Virus record (IMG/VR): IMGVR_UViG_3300045391_001472
Span: 7,736-71,735 of that record
From: a virus
Taxonomy: Duplodnaviria > Caudoviricetes
Length of the DNA: 64,000 nt
Direction: 5' to 3' (one strand)
Position 1 is the stretch's first letter, and each line of letters opens with the position of its first letter. Below the pieces are notes generated by a model that saw nothing but the letters and a program-made list of their open reading frames with translations, searched no databases and was not told where the DNA came from. Of the stretch, positions 17,441 to 27,448 are shown one piece after another. A program made the translations under genes and the position numbers.

Positions 17441-17975
17441 TAAGATTTTGGTGAGGGTGAATATGCGGCAAAAAGAATCTTTTGTTGTAAATGGAATTGA
17501 ATTAAAAACAGCTACTCAATTTGATACTAATTATAGAGAAAGACAACCAGTAATTGCCCAAGTCGTAAACGACAACGATGTTTTAGATAAAGATGATATT
17601 ATCATTTGTCACCACAATTTATTTTATCATAAATCCCCCTATTATTTATACGCTAATTTATTTTCAATTCCTGCTAATAAAGTAATTTTTGCAAAACTGA
17701 ATATTGAAGACGCTTCCTTGTTTCCTGTGTACGGTAATTTCTTATGCAATCGTGTTAATATCGAAACACTACTTACCGTACCAACACCCAAGCAGCATTT
17801 AGATCGAGTTGTGGTTACTCATAAAGGCAATACAAAATACATGGAAGGACAACTTCTTTTCACTACTCCTTACGCCTATTACGAAATGGTTTACATTGTT
17901 AATGGGGAAGAATATAGAACGCATAAATGCCACGAAAGTTCTGTTTGTGGAGTGTTGATTGAAGATATGGCTTAG
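17424..17975 (+). CDS. tandem GroES-fold-like phage protein
   Basis: Two beta-barrel-like halves (DDIIICHHN; GQLLFTTP); sits between groES and portal. Confidence 0.45.
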   Translation: MITTNNKILVRVNMRQKESFVVNGIELKTATQFDTNYRERQPVIAQVVNDNDVLDKDDIIICHHNLFYHKSPYYLYANLFSIPANKVIFAKLNIEDASLFPVYGNFLCNRVNIETLLTVPTPKQHLDRVVVTHKGNTKYMEGQLLFTTPYAYYEMVYIVNGEEYRTHKCHESSVCGVLIEDMA

Positions 17976-17990
17976 TTTTCAACAATTTGT

Positions 17991-17998
17991 TATATTTG
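17991..17998 (+). promoter_or_regulatory. Bacteroidota -7 promoter for the portal operon
   Basis: TTGT-TATATTTG, ending 20 nt before the ATG at 18019. Confidence 0.6.
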
Positions 17999-18018
17999 TT
18001 TCAAATATCCAATTTACT

Positions 18019-20496
18019 ATGGCGAACCTTCCTGCTAATACAGGGCTGCCGTCTAATAACCAATTTTCAGACCCAAGCCTCAACCGATTCTTTTTAACCC
18101 CAGAAGAAAAACAATCTAAAGAACGAGGCAAACAAATAGTACAGGCCTTTTACAAAACTCAAACCCAATCAGATAATCTTAATTTCTTTCGTACCCGTAA
18201 TGCCAGATGGATAGAAATTCTTTTATGGGCAAAAGGAAGCCAACGGATGCAGGAGTTCATGGACTACATGAATGTATCAGACGCAAATAAAGCGTGGGTT
18301 AATATTGATACTACACAACAAAGATTAGCGGCAAAGTTTGTAGGGGTTTTAGTTGAATCAATGGCAAAAAACTATATCTATCCTTGCGTGGACGCTATTG
18401 ATGATGGAAGTTTAAATGAAAAAGAAGAAAGATTATTTGAAGCTCTTTACAGAATGTATGAAGTAGAAACCATTCGGGATATGCAAGAGCAAGCAGGGAT
18501 GCAACTTGAACCACATGGAGTATTTGTTCCCGATGACGAACTTTCCGCAAGAGTTTACTTTGAATTACAAGACAGACTTTCAAAAGAAATAAGATTTGAA
18601 GAAATGCTTGCCAAACTTCAAAACGATATTCATTTCGATAAAGTCATTAACAGAAAAACGCTTTACGATTTAATTGTTTTAAATTTTGGATGTACCAAGA
18701 TTGACAGAGTAGCCCCGCAACAATACACGGTAAGAAAATGTATTCCAAACAATATGGTGTATAATTTTTTTATGAATGATGTGGGGGCTTGTGAAATTAC
18801 CCAAATAGGAGAGTTCTATAATCTAAAAGTAAGAGATTTAAGAAGTCGTTTTGGGGAACAAAATATTCCGGGTGGTTTAACTGAAAAGCAGATATATGAT
18901 TTAGCAAAACTATCCAGTCATAAGGCTATCGGTACGTTCAATTATATGTGGAACGATACATGGGCAATGAGTAATTATTATCTCAATAGACCTTATGACG
19001 ATTGTAATGTTCTGTTGTTTGATTGTGAAATTGACTGTGGAGAAGATGTTTATTTTGTTGCGAAGAAAGATAATTATGGTAAAGAAAATATTACTCCTAA
19101 AAATGGAGTTCCTTATCAAACCAAAGACAAGAACGGTAAAATAGTTCAACAAGATAAACCAGAAGATGTAGAAATAATTAAGCGTTCAAAAAATACATGG
19201 ATGCGTGGCGTATATGCTCCTTATGGAGATGTAATGCTTTATTGGGGACAACCAGACATCATTATTTCTCCTTACACCAATACATACAAGTCGCTATCTT
19301 CTTACACCGTTAATATTCCAAATAACGATGGAGAATATGTACCTTCTTTGTTTGAAAGATGCCTTGAGCCACTAAGAGAATATACGCTAACGAAGTTGAA
19401 AAGAAAGCAACTTATCGCTAAACTAACACCAACTGGTTATAGGATAGATATTGAAAGTGCAAGAAATATTGATTTGGGAAATGGAGATACTGTTTCATGG
19501 GAAGAAATTGTAAGAATAAAAGACCAAACAGGGGTAGAGGTTTGGAGCAGCAAAGGTATCAATCCACTTGAACCGCAAGCCCCACCAATAAGCCCCGCAT
19601 CAGCAGATGATACTATTCAGAAAATAATTGGACTTACCAATATCTTACAGGGTATTGCAATGGAAATAAGAGATGTAATTGGAGTGCCAATGTATAGAGA
19701 TGGAAGCGATGTGGGCGACAGAACTTCGGCTAAATTAGCAGAGAGTCAAGTGAAAGGCTCTTATAATACAACCGATTTTATTCAGAATGGTAATATGCAA
19801 CTATGGGAAGAAACATTTTATAAAATTTGTTTGCTTCATTGGAATGATGTTGTAAAACAAGAGCCAGAATCAAAAAACGATTTACTAAACACAAGATTTG
19901 ATGTAAGGGTGAAAATGAAGATAAGCGAATATGAAAAAGAGTTATTGGAAGCAGACATACAGCGATTCTCTCAAATGCAAGATAGTAATGGGCAACCATT
20001 AATTACCCCTAAAGATGCAATGATGATACGACAAATAGATAATTATAAATTAGCGATTATGTATTTGCAAAGCGTAGTGGATGAGAATAGGAAGAAAGCA
20101 ATTCAGGATAGCGAAAGACTACAACTCCAAAATCAACAGGTGCAGCAAGCATCTGCTAAACAAGCTGCCGACCAAGCAAAGATTTTACAAGATGAAAAGA
20201 TAAAAGCAGAAAAAGATTTAGCAGAATTTCAGGGAAGAATAGAAAAAGAAAAACTTGCACTTACCGCCATTGGGAATATAGCAGCTAAAGGACTTCCATT
20301 ACCAACTTATTTTTCTACAATAGTAAATAATCTTATTCCCAATATTTCAATTCCACTGCAACAAGAAAATAAAGAAATGGCAGAAGATATTCAGCAAAAC
20401 GAAATGATGGAAGAAGCGGCAGAGCAACAACAAATGCAACAACAACAAACACCAATGCAAGGGCAACCACAAGGTCAACCAATGATGCAACAATAA
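18019..20496 (+). CDS. portal protein
   Basis: About 825 aa, head-module position, IRDVIGVPMYRDGS motif, Q-rich C-terminal helix; start at MANLPA. Confidence 0.8.
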   Translation: MANLPANTGLPSNNQFSDPSLNRFFLTPEEKQSKERGKQIVQAFYKTQTQSDNLNFFRTRNARWIEILLWAKGSQRMQEFMDYMNVSDANKAWVNIDTTQQRLAAKFVGVLVESMAKNYIYPCVDAIDDGSLNEKEERLFEALYRMYEVETIRDMQEQAGMQLEPHGVFVPDDELSARVYFELQDRLSKEIRFEEMLAKLQNDIHFDKVINRKTLYDLIVLNFGCTKIDRVAPQQYTVRKCIPNNMVYNFFMNDVGACEITQIGEFYNLKVRDLRSRFGEQNIPGGLTEKQIYDLAKLSSHKAIGTFNYMWNDTWAMSNYYLNRPYDDCNVLLFDCEIDCGEDVYFVAKKDNYGKENITPKNGVPYQTKDKNGKIVQQDKPEDVEIIKRSKNTWMRGVYAPYGDVMLYWGQPDIIISPYTNTYKSLSSYTVNIPNNDGEYVPSLFERCLEPLREYTLTKLKRKQLIAKLTPTGYRIDIESARNIDLGNGDTVSWEEIVRIKDQTGVEVWSSKGINPLEPQAPPISPASADDTIQKIIGLTNILQGIAMEIRDVIGVPMYRDGSDVGDRTSAKLAESQVKGSYNTTDFIQNGNMQLWEETFYKICLLHWNDVVKQEPESKNDLLNTRFDVRVKMKISEYEKELLEADIQRFSQMQDSNGQPLITPKDAMMIRQIDNYKLAIMYLQSVVDENRKKAIQDSERLQLQNQQVQQASAKQAADQAKILQDEKIKAEKDLAEFQGRIEKEKLALTAIGNIAAKGLPLPTYFSTIVNNLIPNISIPLQQENKEMAEDIQQNEMMEEAAEQQQMQQQQTPMQGQPQGQPMMQQ

Positions 20497-20508
20497 AAAT
20501 TTACTACT

Positions 20509-20709
20509 ATGAAAGTAACATTGAAAAAGAAAAATCCATCTCAAAAAACTATAACCTTCAATAAGGGAGGTTTGCATAGTTCAACACACACACCGCAAGG
20601 AGAAAAAATTCCTGCTTCAAAAATAGCAGCAGCTAAATCAGGAGCATACGGCTCAAAAGCTAAAAAGGAAGCTCTGTTTGCTCAAAACGTTTTAACTGGA
20701 GGGCATTAA
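20509..20709 (+). CDS. small basic phage protein (GGLH...PQGEKIPASK type)
   Basis: Pattern recognised in many phage structural modules. Confidence 0.6.
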   Translation: MKVTLKKKNPSQKTITFNKGGLHSSTHTPQGEKIPASKIAAAKSGAYGSKAKKEALFAQNVLTGGH

Positions 20710-20711
20710 TT

Positions 20712-21344
20712 ATGAGAACGGTAGAATATAGCCCAAACGAACAAATTGGGGCAGTTTTTTATTTATATGATGTATGGGATTCCATATATAGGAAGGCGGC
20801 ATTTAGATGTACGTGCGGTAAAATATTTTCTGCGAGAATAGATAAAGTTAGACGATTTGAAACAATCAGTTGTGGTTGTAAAGTGGGTAAAAATCCAAAT
20901 AGTAGAAATCACACAACTCACGGAGGCCGAAAACTTCCTTTGTATAGTGTTTGGTGCGCCATGAAAGCAAGATGTTACAATAAAAAAAGAACGCAGTACA
21001 AAGATTACGGCGGAAAAGGAGTAATTGTTTGCGAAGAATGGAAAAAAGATTTTAAGGCATTTTATAATTGGGCAATAAATAATGGGTGGAAAAAGGGACT
21101 TCAATTAGATAAAGACATCAAGGGAGACGGATTATTATATTCACCAGAAACGTGTTGTTTTGTAACTCCTAAAAACAACTCAAATAAAAGAAGAAATAAT
21201 AAAATACTGTTACATAACGGACAATCTAAAACGGCTTCTGAATGGGCTGCGTTTTATAATATAAAATATCAAACATTTCTTACAAGATTAAATAGGGGAT
21301 GGAGTTTTGAAGAAACGGTATTTGGAAAATCAATAAAAAATTAA
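20712..21344 (+). CDS. HNH homing endonuclease
   Basis: CTCG...SCGC, WCAMKARC...YGGKGVIVCEEW, LDKDIKG..LYSPETCCFVT; TAATG-coupled to terL. Confidence 0.85.
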   Translation: MRTVEYSPNEQIGAVFYLYDVWDSIYRKAAFRCTCGKIFSARIDKVRRFETISCGCKVGKNPNSRNHTTHGGRKLPLYSVWCAMKARCYNKKRTQYKDYGGKGVIVCEEWKKDFKAFYNWAINNGWKKGLQLDKDIKGDGLLYSPETCCFVTPKNNSNKRRNNKILLHNGQSKTASEWAAFYNIKYQTFLTRLNRGWSFEETVFGKSIKN

Positions 21345-23413
21345 TGCCAACACTTCATATACAAGGCATTGATGCAGAATATCGTGATTTATTTCCCGAT
21401 GAAGAAATACTGTATAAAAATTTACCACAAAAAGAACAAAAATTTAAAAGGCCAGACATTCCTTTTACAGATGATGATTTAGTCGCTATTGCAAATAATG
21501 AGCATTCTTATACTGAGTTGCAAAAAAAATGGGTTGCTAAAGAAGAATGGAGAATAGATAACGGTGTCTATGCAATGATAAACGGAGTTCTTACTTTTAT
21601 TCCCGGTTCAGTATATGGGTATGTTTGTTATTGGACACTTGAAAACGGCAAAAAACCAGACTATCGAAATTGTACCAGAAAAATATTTATCTTAAAAGAG
21701 TATCTATGTTTTAAAACGCCAGTATTAGCTTTGACAAGAGGTAAATCAAGACGTAAAGGAGCAACGTCTGAGGGAACATTTTGGGAGTGGTGGATATGTG
21801 GAAGAAAGGAAGAAAAAATAGGAGGAATGGTTTCGTATAATACCGAATCTGCAAGTAAAATTTTTCAGATGTTGTTTATGCGAGGATTCAAATCAATTAT
21901 TCCTTGCTTTGTTAGAGAGTTTGATAGTAACAGCGAAAATTTTATTCGTTTTGTTAAACCAGTAGAAAAGAAAAAAAAAGGAGTCCCGATTAAAAGAGAG
22001 GGTCTTAATAGTTACATAGATTATCAGCCAACAACAGTGAATAGTTATGATTCTGGTCGTGTTAGTTATTTGCTTTTAGATGAATTTGGAAAATGGGAAA
22101 AGGTAGATATAAATACATATTGGTCAAAAGTAAAACCCACATTAACAGAAGGTTCTAAAAAAGTAGGATTTTCATATATTCCTACTACGGTTAACCCCAA
22201 AAATAAAGGAGGAGAAAATTATAGAATTTTTTGGGAAGAAGCAAATCAAGAGGCCATTAATCCAAAGACCAATAAACCGTATGGTATCAACACACCAAGT
22301 AGAGTAGTAAGAATATTTGACCCTGCCACAGAAGGATATGAAGGATGTATTGATGAATTTGGAGAAAGTGTAATAGAAGACCCTGTAGAACCAATAATGG
22401 GAAATGATGGAGAATGGATAACCGAAGGGTCTTTAACTAAAATACGCAGAGAAAGAGAGGGGCTGGAAGGAATTAGATTAATGGAGCATCGTAGAGATTA
22501 CCCAATAGATGTTTTTGATTTATTTGCTTTTGAAACAGGAAGCTGTGAGTTCAATGAAGAAAGATTGATTGCTCAATTACGCTGGTTAGAAGAAAATCCA
22601 GTTTATTTAAGAAGGGTAAGATTGTATAGAGAGAAAGTAACCAAGAAAAACATTTTTACAGAAAGAGATGAAACGTTTGATGAAGTAAGATACATGGATG
22701 ATAATGCGGGAGAATGGCTGTTGTTTGAAAAACCGATGAAAGAAAATCTATATGACCATCACGGATTATTTAAGCCATTAAATGAAATAAGATATTCAAT
22801 AGGGGTTGATACCATTAAGAGTGGATTTACAATCAATGGCTCAACGGCCACTATTTGCGTATTTAAAAAATCACATATCATAGAAGGAAAAGAAACAGGA
22901 CTATACCCGGTAGCTATTTATATGGGCAAGCCGAGATTGATGCAACACTTATATGAACAAGTACTGATGGCTTGCTTATGGTATGGTTGCCGTGTGAATT
23001 TTGAAATAGATGCAGGAACGGCTTTCTATGATTATTTTCTTTCAAAAGATTCTCAAAAATTCTTAGAGTGGACACCAAGAATAGCCGTTGATGTTACTAA
23101 AAAGCAAATGAAAATAAAACCGGGAACAGAAAGTGCTAATCCATTTCAATTTGCTATGCAATTAGAGGTAGCTAAAAAATATTTTGATGGTACACAGACC
23201 GATGGATATAACGGAAATGTTCATAGGGTGGTATTCCCCATATTATTAAACCAAGCGTTAGAATATAACCATAGCGATAGAACAAAAAGTGACGTAGTCA
23301 TTTCTCTAATGATGGCATTATTGCCGTGTTTTGGTTCAACGGATGTTATCTATGAGCCAGAATACAAGCGTCCGAAGATTCTACCTCAATTTAAAATCAA
23401 AATGGTAGGATAA
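21344..23413 (+). CDS. terL: terminase large subunit
   Basis: KSRRKGAT Walker A-like, YLLLDEFGKW Walker B, SIGVD RNase H-like nuclease, DVVISLMMAL. Confidence 0.9.
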   Translation: MPTLHIQGIDAEYRDLFPDEEILYKNLPQKEQKFKRPDIPFTDDDLVAIANNEHSYTELQKKWVAKEEWRIDNGVYAMINGVLTFIPGSVYGYVCYWTLENGKKPDYRNCTRKIFILKEYLCFKTPVLALTRGKSRRKGATSEGTFWEWWICGRKEEKIGGMVSYNTESASKIFQMLFMRGFKSIIPCFVREFDSNSENFIRFVKPVEKKKKGVPIKREGLNSYIDYQPTTVNSYDSGRVSYLLLDEFGKWEKVDINTYWSKVKPTLTEGSKKVGFSYIPTTVNPKNKGGENYRIFWEEANQEAINPKTNKPYGINTPSRVVRIFDPATEGYEGCIDEFGESVIEDPVEPIMGNDGEWITEGSLTKIRREREGLEGIRLMEHRRDYPIDVFDLFAFETGSCEFNEERLIAQLRWLEENPVYLRRVRLYREKVTKKNIFTERDETFDEVRYMDDNAGEWLLFEKPMKENLYDHHGLFKPLNEIRYSIGVDTIKSGFTINGSTATICVFKKSHIIEGKETGLYPVAIYMGKPRLMQHLYEQVLMACLWYGCRVNFEIDAGTAFYDYFLSKDSQKFLEWTPRIAVDVTKKQMKIKPGTESANPFQFAMQLEVAKKYFDGTQTDGYNGNVHRVVFPILLNQALEYNHSDRTKSDVVISLMMALLPCFGSTDVIYEPEYKRPKILPQFKIKMVG

Positions 23414-23576
23414 TTTTTTCTTCTGCTACAAAAGTCATTGTTTTTTTTATTAACCAATGTAATGACCTTTCTCTTGTAAAAGCCATTTGTTGAAGTTTGG
23501 GTTTTGCATCTCCCAGTCTTACAGGGAATGGCTTGTTTGTCGGTATTTGATTGGATTTGGATTTTGGCTTTGCCAT
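23397..23576 (-). CDS. Arc/RHH-like DNA-binding protein, antisense (below cutoff)
   Basis: MAKPKSKSNQIPTNKPFPVRLGDAKPKLQQMAFTRERSLHWLIKKTMTFVAEEKIILPF; TACCTTCG promoter-like element upstream. Confidence 0.6.
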   Translation of the reverse strand: MAKPKSKSNQIPTNKPFPVRLGDAKPKLQQMAFTRERSLHWLIKKTMTFVAEEKIILPF

Positions 23577-23673
23577 GTACTTTTGGAAATCGAAGGTATA
23601 ACAAAGTATAAAGATTTCAAAGTTCCTTCATTAACAATTTAATTTTACCTCAAATCTAATATCCCCATAATTT

Positions 23674-24915
23674 ATGGCAGACGATAATAATGTTCAACCA
23701 ACACAGCCAACGAATGCTGGTATTCAAACACCGCAAGCCCCTGTTGTCCCAGAAGAAGTTAAAAATCAAATGCAAGCAAGTTTAGCTTTGTGGAATGGAG
23801 GTGAAATGCCCAAACCAGAAACACTTGCAGCAACCGAAACAACTCAAACAGTAGTAATACCAACTACCCAAACCGATACTACGGGAACTCAGGTAGCCGC
23901 AACAACTACGACAACCCCTGCTCCTGAATTTTCTTTCGATACGTTAAAGACAAAATTTGGTTATGAAAAACCAGAAGACGCTTTAACCGAAATCGAGCAG
24001 CTAAGAGCGGCAAGAGAGAAATATAATTCTCCTGTCGCAGACGAGGATATTGAGTTTGAGAATGAATTTTCAGAAAAACTTTTCAAAGCGGTAAAAGCAG
24101 GTAAAACAAAAGAGGTTTACCAAATGCTTGCTACACAAGAAAAAATAAACGAATTAACTTCTATTGAAGTTTCAAAAGACAATGCCGCCGATATTATCAA
24201 ATACGGTATGCAGTTGAAATATAAGAATCTTACACCCGAACAAATAGATTACAAATACAGCAAACAATTCGCTGTCCCCAAAAAACCCGTTCAAGATACC
24301 GTTAATGAAAGTGATGAAGATTACGAGAACAGGTTAAATGAATGGAAATCTCAAGTTCAGGATATTGAAATGGAAAAGATGATTGAAGCTAAACTCTATG
24401 TTCCCGAACTTGAAAAAGAAAAAGCCACTTTAGTTTTACCAGATATACCAGAAGATGAAGGCTACCTTAACTATAAGAAGATGGTTGAGGAGCAATCAAA
24501 ATTGAATGAAGAAGTTGTAAATGCTTACAAAACTTTCACACCAAAATCATTTGAAGCAAAATTAAATTTTAAGGATGAAGCCTCGAAGATTGATTTTGAT
24601 TTTCAGTATGAACCGGATGCGGAAAGTTTTAAAAAAACCATTGAAGCCCTTTCTACCCCAAACAAATTGAGCGAACTCTTTTTAAAATCAGACGGAACAA
24701 CTGATAGAGAAGAATTTGCTAAAGTGATTTATTTTGGGTTAAACAGGAACAGGATTTTAACGGAAGCAATGAAGCAAACAAAAAATGCAACGATTAAAGC
24801 TGGATTACCAGACAATTCAAATGGTGGATTGGTAAAACAAATGCCACAGTCGCAGCAATTATCAGATTTTGATAAACAAATGCAAGCGAGCTTGGCAATA
24901 GGTGGACGGAGATAA
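23674..24915 (+). CDS. capsid scaffold-like protein
   Basis: Acidic and helical, T/P-rich N-terminal linker, directly upstream of the capsid gene. Confidence 0.65.
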   Translation: MADDNNVQPTQPTNAGIQTPQAPVVPEEVKNQMQASLALWNGGEMPKPETLAATETTQTVVIPTTQTDTTGTQVAATTTTTPAPEFSFDTLKTKFGYEKPEDALTEIEQLRAAREKYNSPVADEDIEFENEFSEKLFKAVKAGKTKEVYQMLATQEKINELTSIEVSKDNAADIIKYGMQLKYKNLTPEQIDYKYSKQFAVPKKPVQDTVNESDEDYENRLNEWKSQVQDIEMEKMIEAKLYVPELEKEKATLVLPDIPEDEGYLNYKKMVEEQSKLNEEVVNAYKTFTPKSFEAKLNFKDEASKIDFDFQYEPDAESFKKTIEALSTPNKLSELFLKSDGTTDREEFAKVIYFGLNRNRILTEAMKQTKNATIKAGLPDNSNGGLVKQMPQSQQLSDFDKQMQASLAIGGRR

Positions 24916-24946
24916 AATATTCTATTAAAAACTAAATTTTAAAGTT

Positions 24947-26350
24947 ATGCCTTCAGCGATAGTAAGGGGTGCAACTGGTCAACCCGGCCCGATAGCATAC
25001 CCAAGTGGGATAACAACAGCGATATTCAATGATTTGAATTTTGTTATTCCCGATTACATTCCCGGACTTATCGCAAAGTATGGGAATAGTTCATATATGC
25101 TTGCAATGGAAATCTTAGGAAATACTGTTGTTGAGCAAGTGAACACACAAACAAACACATTTTCTCATTTTGAAAAAGGAAGAATCTTTGGTTCTGCCTT
25201 AGTAGCTCAAAATGTTACAGGAATCGTTTCGGGAGCAGATGTTGTAGCTGTCCTGAAATACCCAGAATCTTATGATGATACGGCTGGCACACAAGCCCCC
25301 TTTGCTCTTTTACAAACCATCAAAGTTCGTTCTAATGGTCGTAAAGCAAGAGTAACTGCTATTACAAGAACTGCAACCGCTTTCCAAGTCACCCTTCATC
25401 CATTAGGAGATTATGCTTTGATTACTGGTACAACTGGTTCACAGCTTAATGCTAATGAAGGATTGGAGTTAGTGGGTAATCAGTTGGCAGGGCAGGCTTC
25501 AGATAGTCAAACAACTCTTCAATCGAAACTGTATCGTTACGACAATACGGCTACCGTTATTCGTGCTTCTGTTAAATCAACCGACTTAGCAAGCATGAAC
25601 AAAACACAGATTGATTTTGGCGGTGGAAACTTCTACGAGCCTTATTTAGCAGTAAAAGAGATGAATACCAGAATGATGATGTCTATTGAAGATGCTGTCA
25701 TGGAGGGTGTTCCTTCTGCTAATACCGATGATACGGGTACAGCGGGTGTTCTTCCTGATGTAGAATCAAGAGGTTCAGAAGTGGACTATGTAGCAGGAGC
25801 ATTTGCGGTTGGTGACTTCCAAAATGTAACACAAGTTTTGGATGCCAATGGGGGGCCTCCTGAATATCATTTCCTCCAAGACCTTTTACAACGTCAGGAC
25901 ATCAATAATCTTTTGTTCGGTATTTATAAGAATGGAGCTATCCGTTATGATTCAGTAGGTTTCAGCCAAGAAGCTGCTACTACTTACGGATTCAAAGGGT
26001 TCTCTACCGATACATTTGATTTCCACTTCCACCGTTACAAAGGATTTACTGCACAAGCATTATATGGTTATACTCCAACACAAGGAGATTATCGTGCAAA
26101 CTTTGGTTTTGCCGTTCCTCAAGGAATGACACAAGATGCAAAGGATAGCGAAACAAGACCATATATGCAATGGGTATATCAGCAAAATCCTGATATTCCA
26201 GCAGGAATGAGAATTTATTCATGGGAACTCGGTTACACTAAACCAACCAAAACTACCATAGCTGAAAACAGGTATGAGCAGATTTCTTACGTTGGTTCAA
26301 GAGTAACTGCGGCAGAACAATTCGTTATTTTAAAAGGATTGATTTCTTAG
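24947..26350 (+). CDS. major capsid protein
   Basis: 467 aa between scaffold and a strong terminator; YDNTATVIRASVKSTD and EDAVMEG...GTAGVLP fit crAss-like HK97-fold capsids. Confidence 0.8.
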   Translation: MPSAIVRGATGQPGPIAYPSGITTAIFNDLNFVIPDYIPGLIAKYGNSSYMLAMEILGNTVVEQVNTQTNTFSHFEKGRIFGSALVAQNVTGIVSGADVVAVLKYPESYDDTAGTQAPFALLQTIKVRSNGRKARVTAITRTATAFQVTLHPLGDYALITGTTGSQLNANEGLELVGNQLAGQASDSQTTLQSKLYRYDNTATVIRASVKSTDLASMNKTQIDFGGGNFYEPYLAVKEMNTRMMMSIEDAVMEGVPSANTDDTGTAGVLPDVESRGSEVDYVAGAFAVGDFQNVTQVLDANGGPPEYHFLQDLLQRQDINNLLFGIYKNGAIRYDSVGFSQEAATTYGFKGFSTDTFDFHFHRYKGFTAQALYGYTPTQGDYRANFGFAVPQGMTQDAKDSETRPYMQWVYQQNPDIPAGMRIYSWELGYTKPTKTTIAENRYEQISYVGSRVTAAEQFVILKGLIS

Positions 26351-26369
26351 TTCTTATTTTATTAATCAG

Positions 26370-26393
26370 GAAGGGGAGCAATCCCCTTCTTTT
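26370..26393 (+). terminator. intrinsic terminator after the capsid gene
   Basis: GAAGGGGA-GCAA-TCCCCTTC-TTTT (GNRA loop). Confidence 0.85.
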
Positions 26394-26406
26394 AAAATTT
26401 TAAACA

Positions 26407-27381
26407 ATGGCAGACGCTACATTAACAATGGAAGCCCCATTATCCAAGAAGGGAGGAAGGATAACGGTTACGGTTGAGGGCGAAGAAGTGATAAAAGATT
26501 CTCCCGAACATTTAGCTCTTTCACAAGAATTTGATTTAGGGAAAAGGTATATGTTTGAATTAGCCTCTAAAAATCCAGAAAGGATTTATCCCGTTATCAA
26601 TATGCGAACCAAACGTCCTGCAATCCTTCCAGAATATAAACCGTTTCAGAATTTGGTTTATACTTCTCAAATAATCTGGAACGGCAGGAGAAGAATGATT
26701 CGTTATTATGATGGATGCGATACAATCTTCGTGGACAAACAACCAAAGGATAGTGAGCTAATCAAACAATTAATTTCTCAAACAAGGCGCAGAAATTTTA
26801 CCGATGGTTATATTGGCTTTACAGGAGATGAAAGGATGCTTTTACTCTATCTATACATTTGCAGTTGGAATGGCAACAGTCTATTCAGAACAAGAACAGC
26901 AAGTACCGTTTTTGTTCCCGTAGATTCAGATATTAAAATTGCAAACGAAGCAGAAAGATTAGATGCAATTGAAGAAGCTCTTGCTCTTGCCAAAAATGCC
27001 ACAGCGCAGAAGATGTTCATTCATGGAGAATATTTGGGAATATCCAGAGAAGACCAAAATTCGGGAAATGAATTGACTGAAAAGGAATTTAGGATTAAAT
27101 ACCGCAAGGCAGCACAAGAAAATCCTAATAAATTCATTGAGAGTTATGGTAATAGGTCAATAGAGATTCAGTATTTTATTGACAAGGCTTTAGAGAGGGG
27201 TATTATTAGCAATAAGCTAAATCCAAATAAAGCAACATGGGGAACAAATAACGCAGAGATATGTGATATTTCGGGGCTTCGTTCACAAGAAGCTATTTCG
27301 CAAAAATTGTTTGAGTTTTCCCAAACAGAAGAAGGTGCAGAATTTTTAGTACAATTAAAGGCATTGAGTGAAAGTCTTTAA
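26407..27381 (+). CDS. conserved post-capsid protein (crAss-like position)
   Basis: MIRYYDGCDTIFVDKQ motif; position between capsid and tail rings. Confidence 0.6.
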   Translation: MADATLTMEAPLSKKGGRITVTVEGEEVIKDSPEHLALSQEFDLGKRYMFELASKNPERIYPVINMRTKRPAILPEYKPFQNLVYTSQIIWNGRRRMIRYYDGCDTIFVDKQPKDSELIKQLISQTRRRNFTDGYIGFTGDERMLLLYLYICSWNGNSLFRTRTASTVFVPVDSDIKIANEAERLDAIEEALALAKNATAQKMFIHGEYLGISREDQNSGNELTEKEFRIKYRKAAQENPNKFIESYGNRSIEIQYFIDKALERGIISNKLNPNKATWGTNNAEICDISGLRSQEAISQKLFEFSQTEEGAEFLVQLKALSESL

Positions 27382-27413
27382 TAAGTAATATGAATTTTAA
27401 AATTTAATAATCC

Positions 27414-27440
27414 AAAGTCCTGCTTCGGTGGGACTTTTTT
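27414..27440 (+). terminator. intrinsic terminator
   Basis: AAAGTCCTGC-TTCG-GTGGGACTTT-TTT (cUUCGg loop). Confidence 0.8.
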
Positions 27441-27448
27441 ACTTTATT

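Noticed and set aside
23386-23604. ORF-track call 23386-23604 (minus) as the real gene
   Set aside because: It has no recognisable pattern; the overlapping frame 23397-23576 has an ATG, a promoter-like element and an RHH-like sequence.
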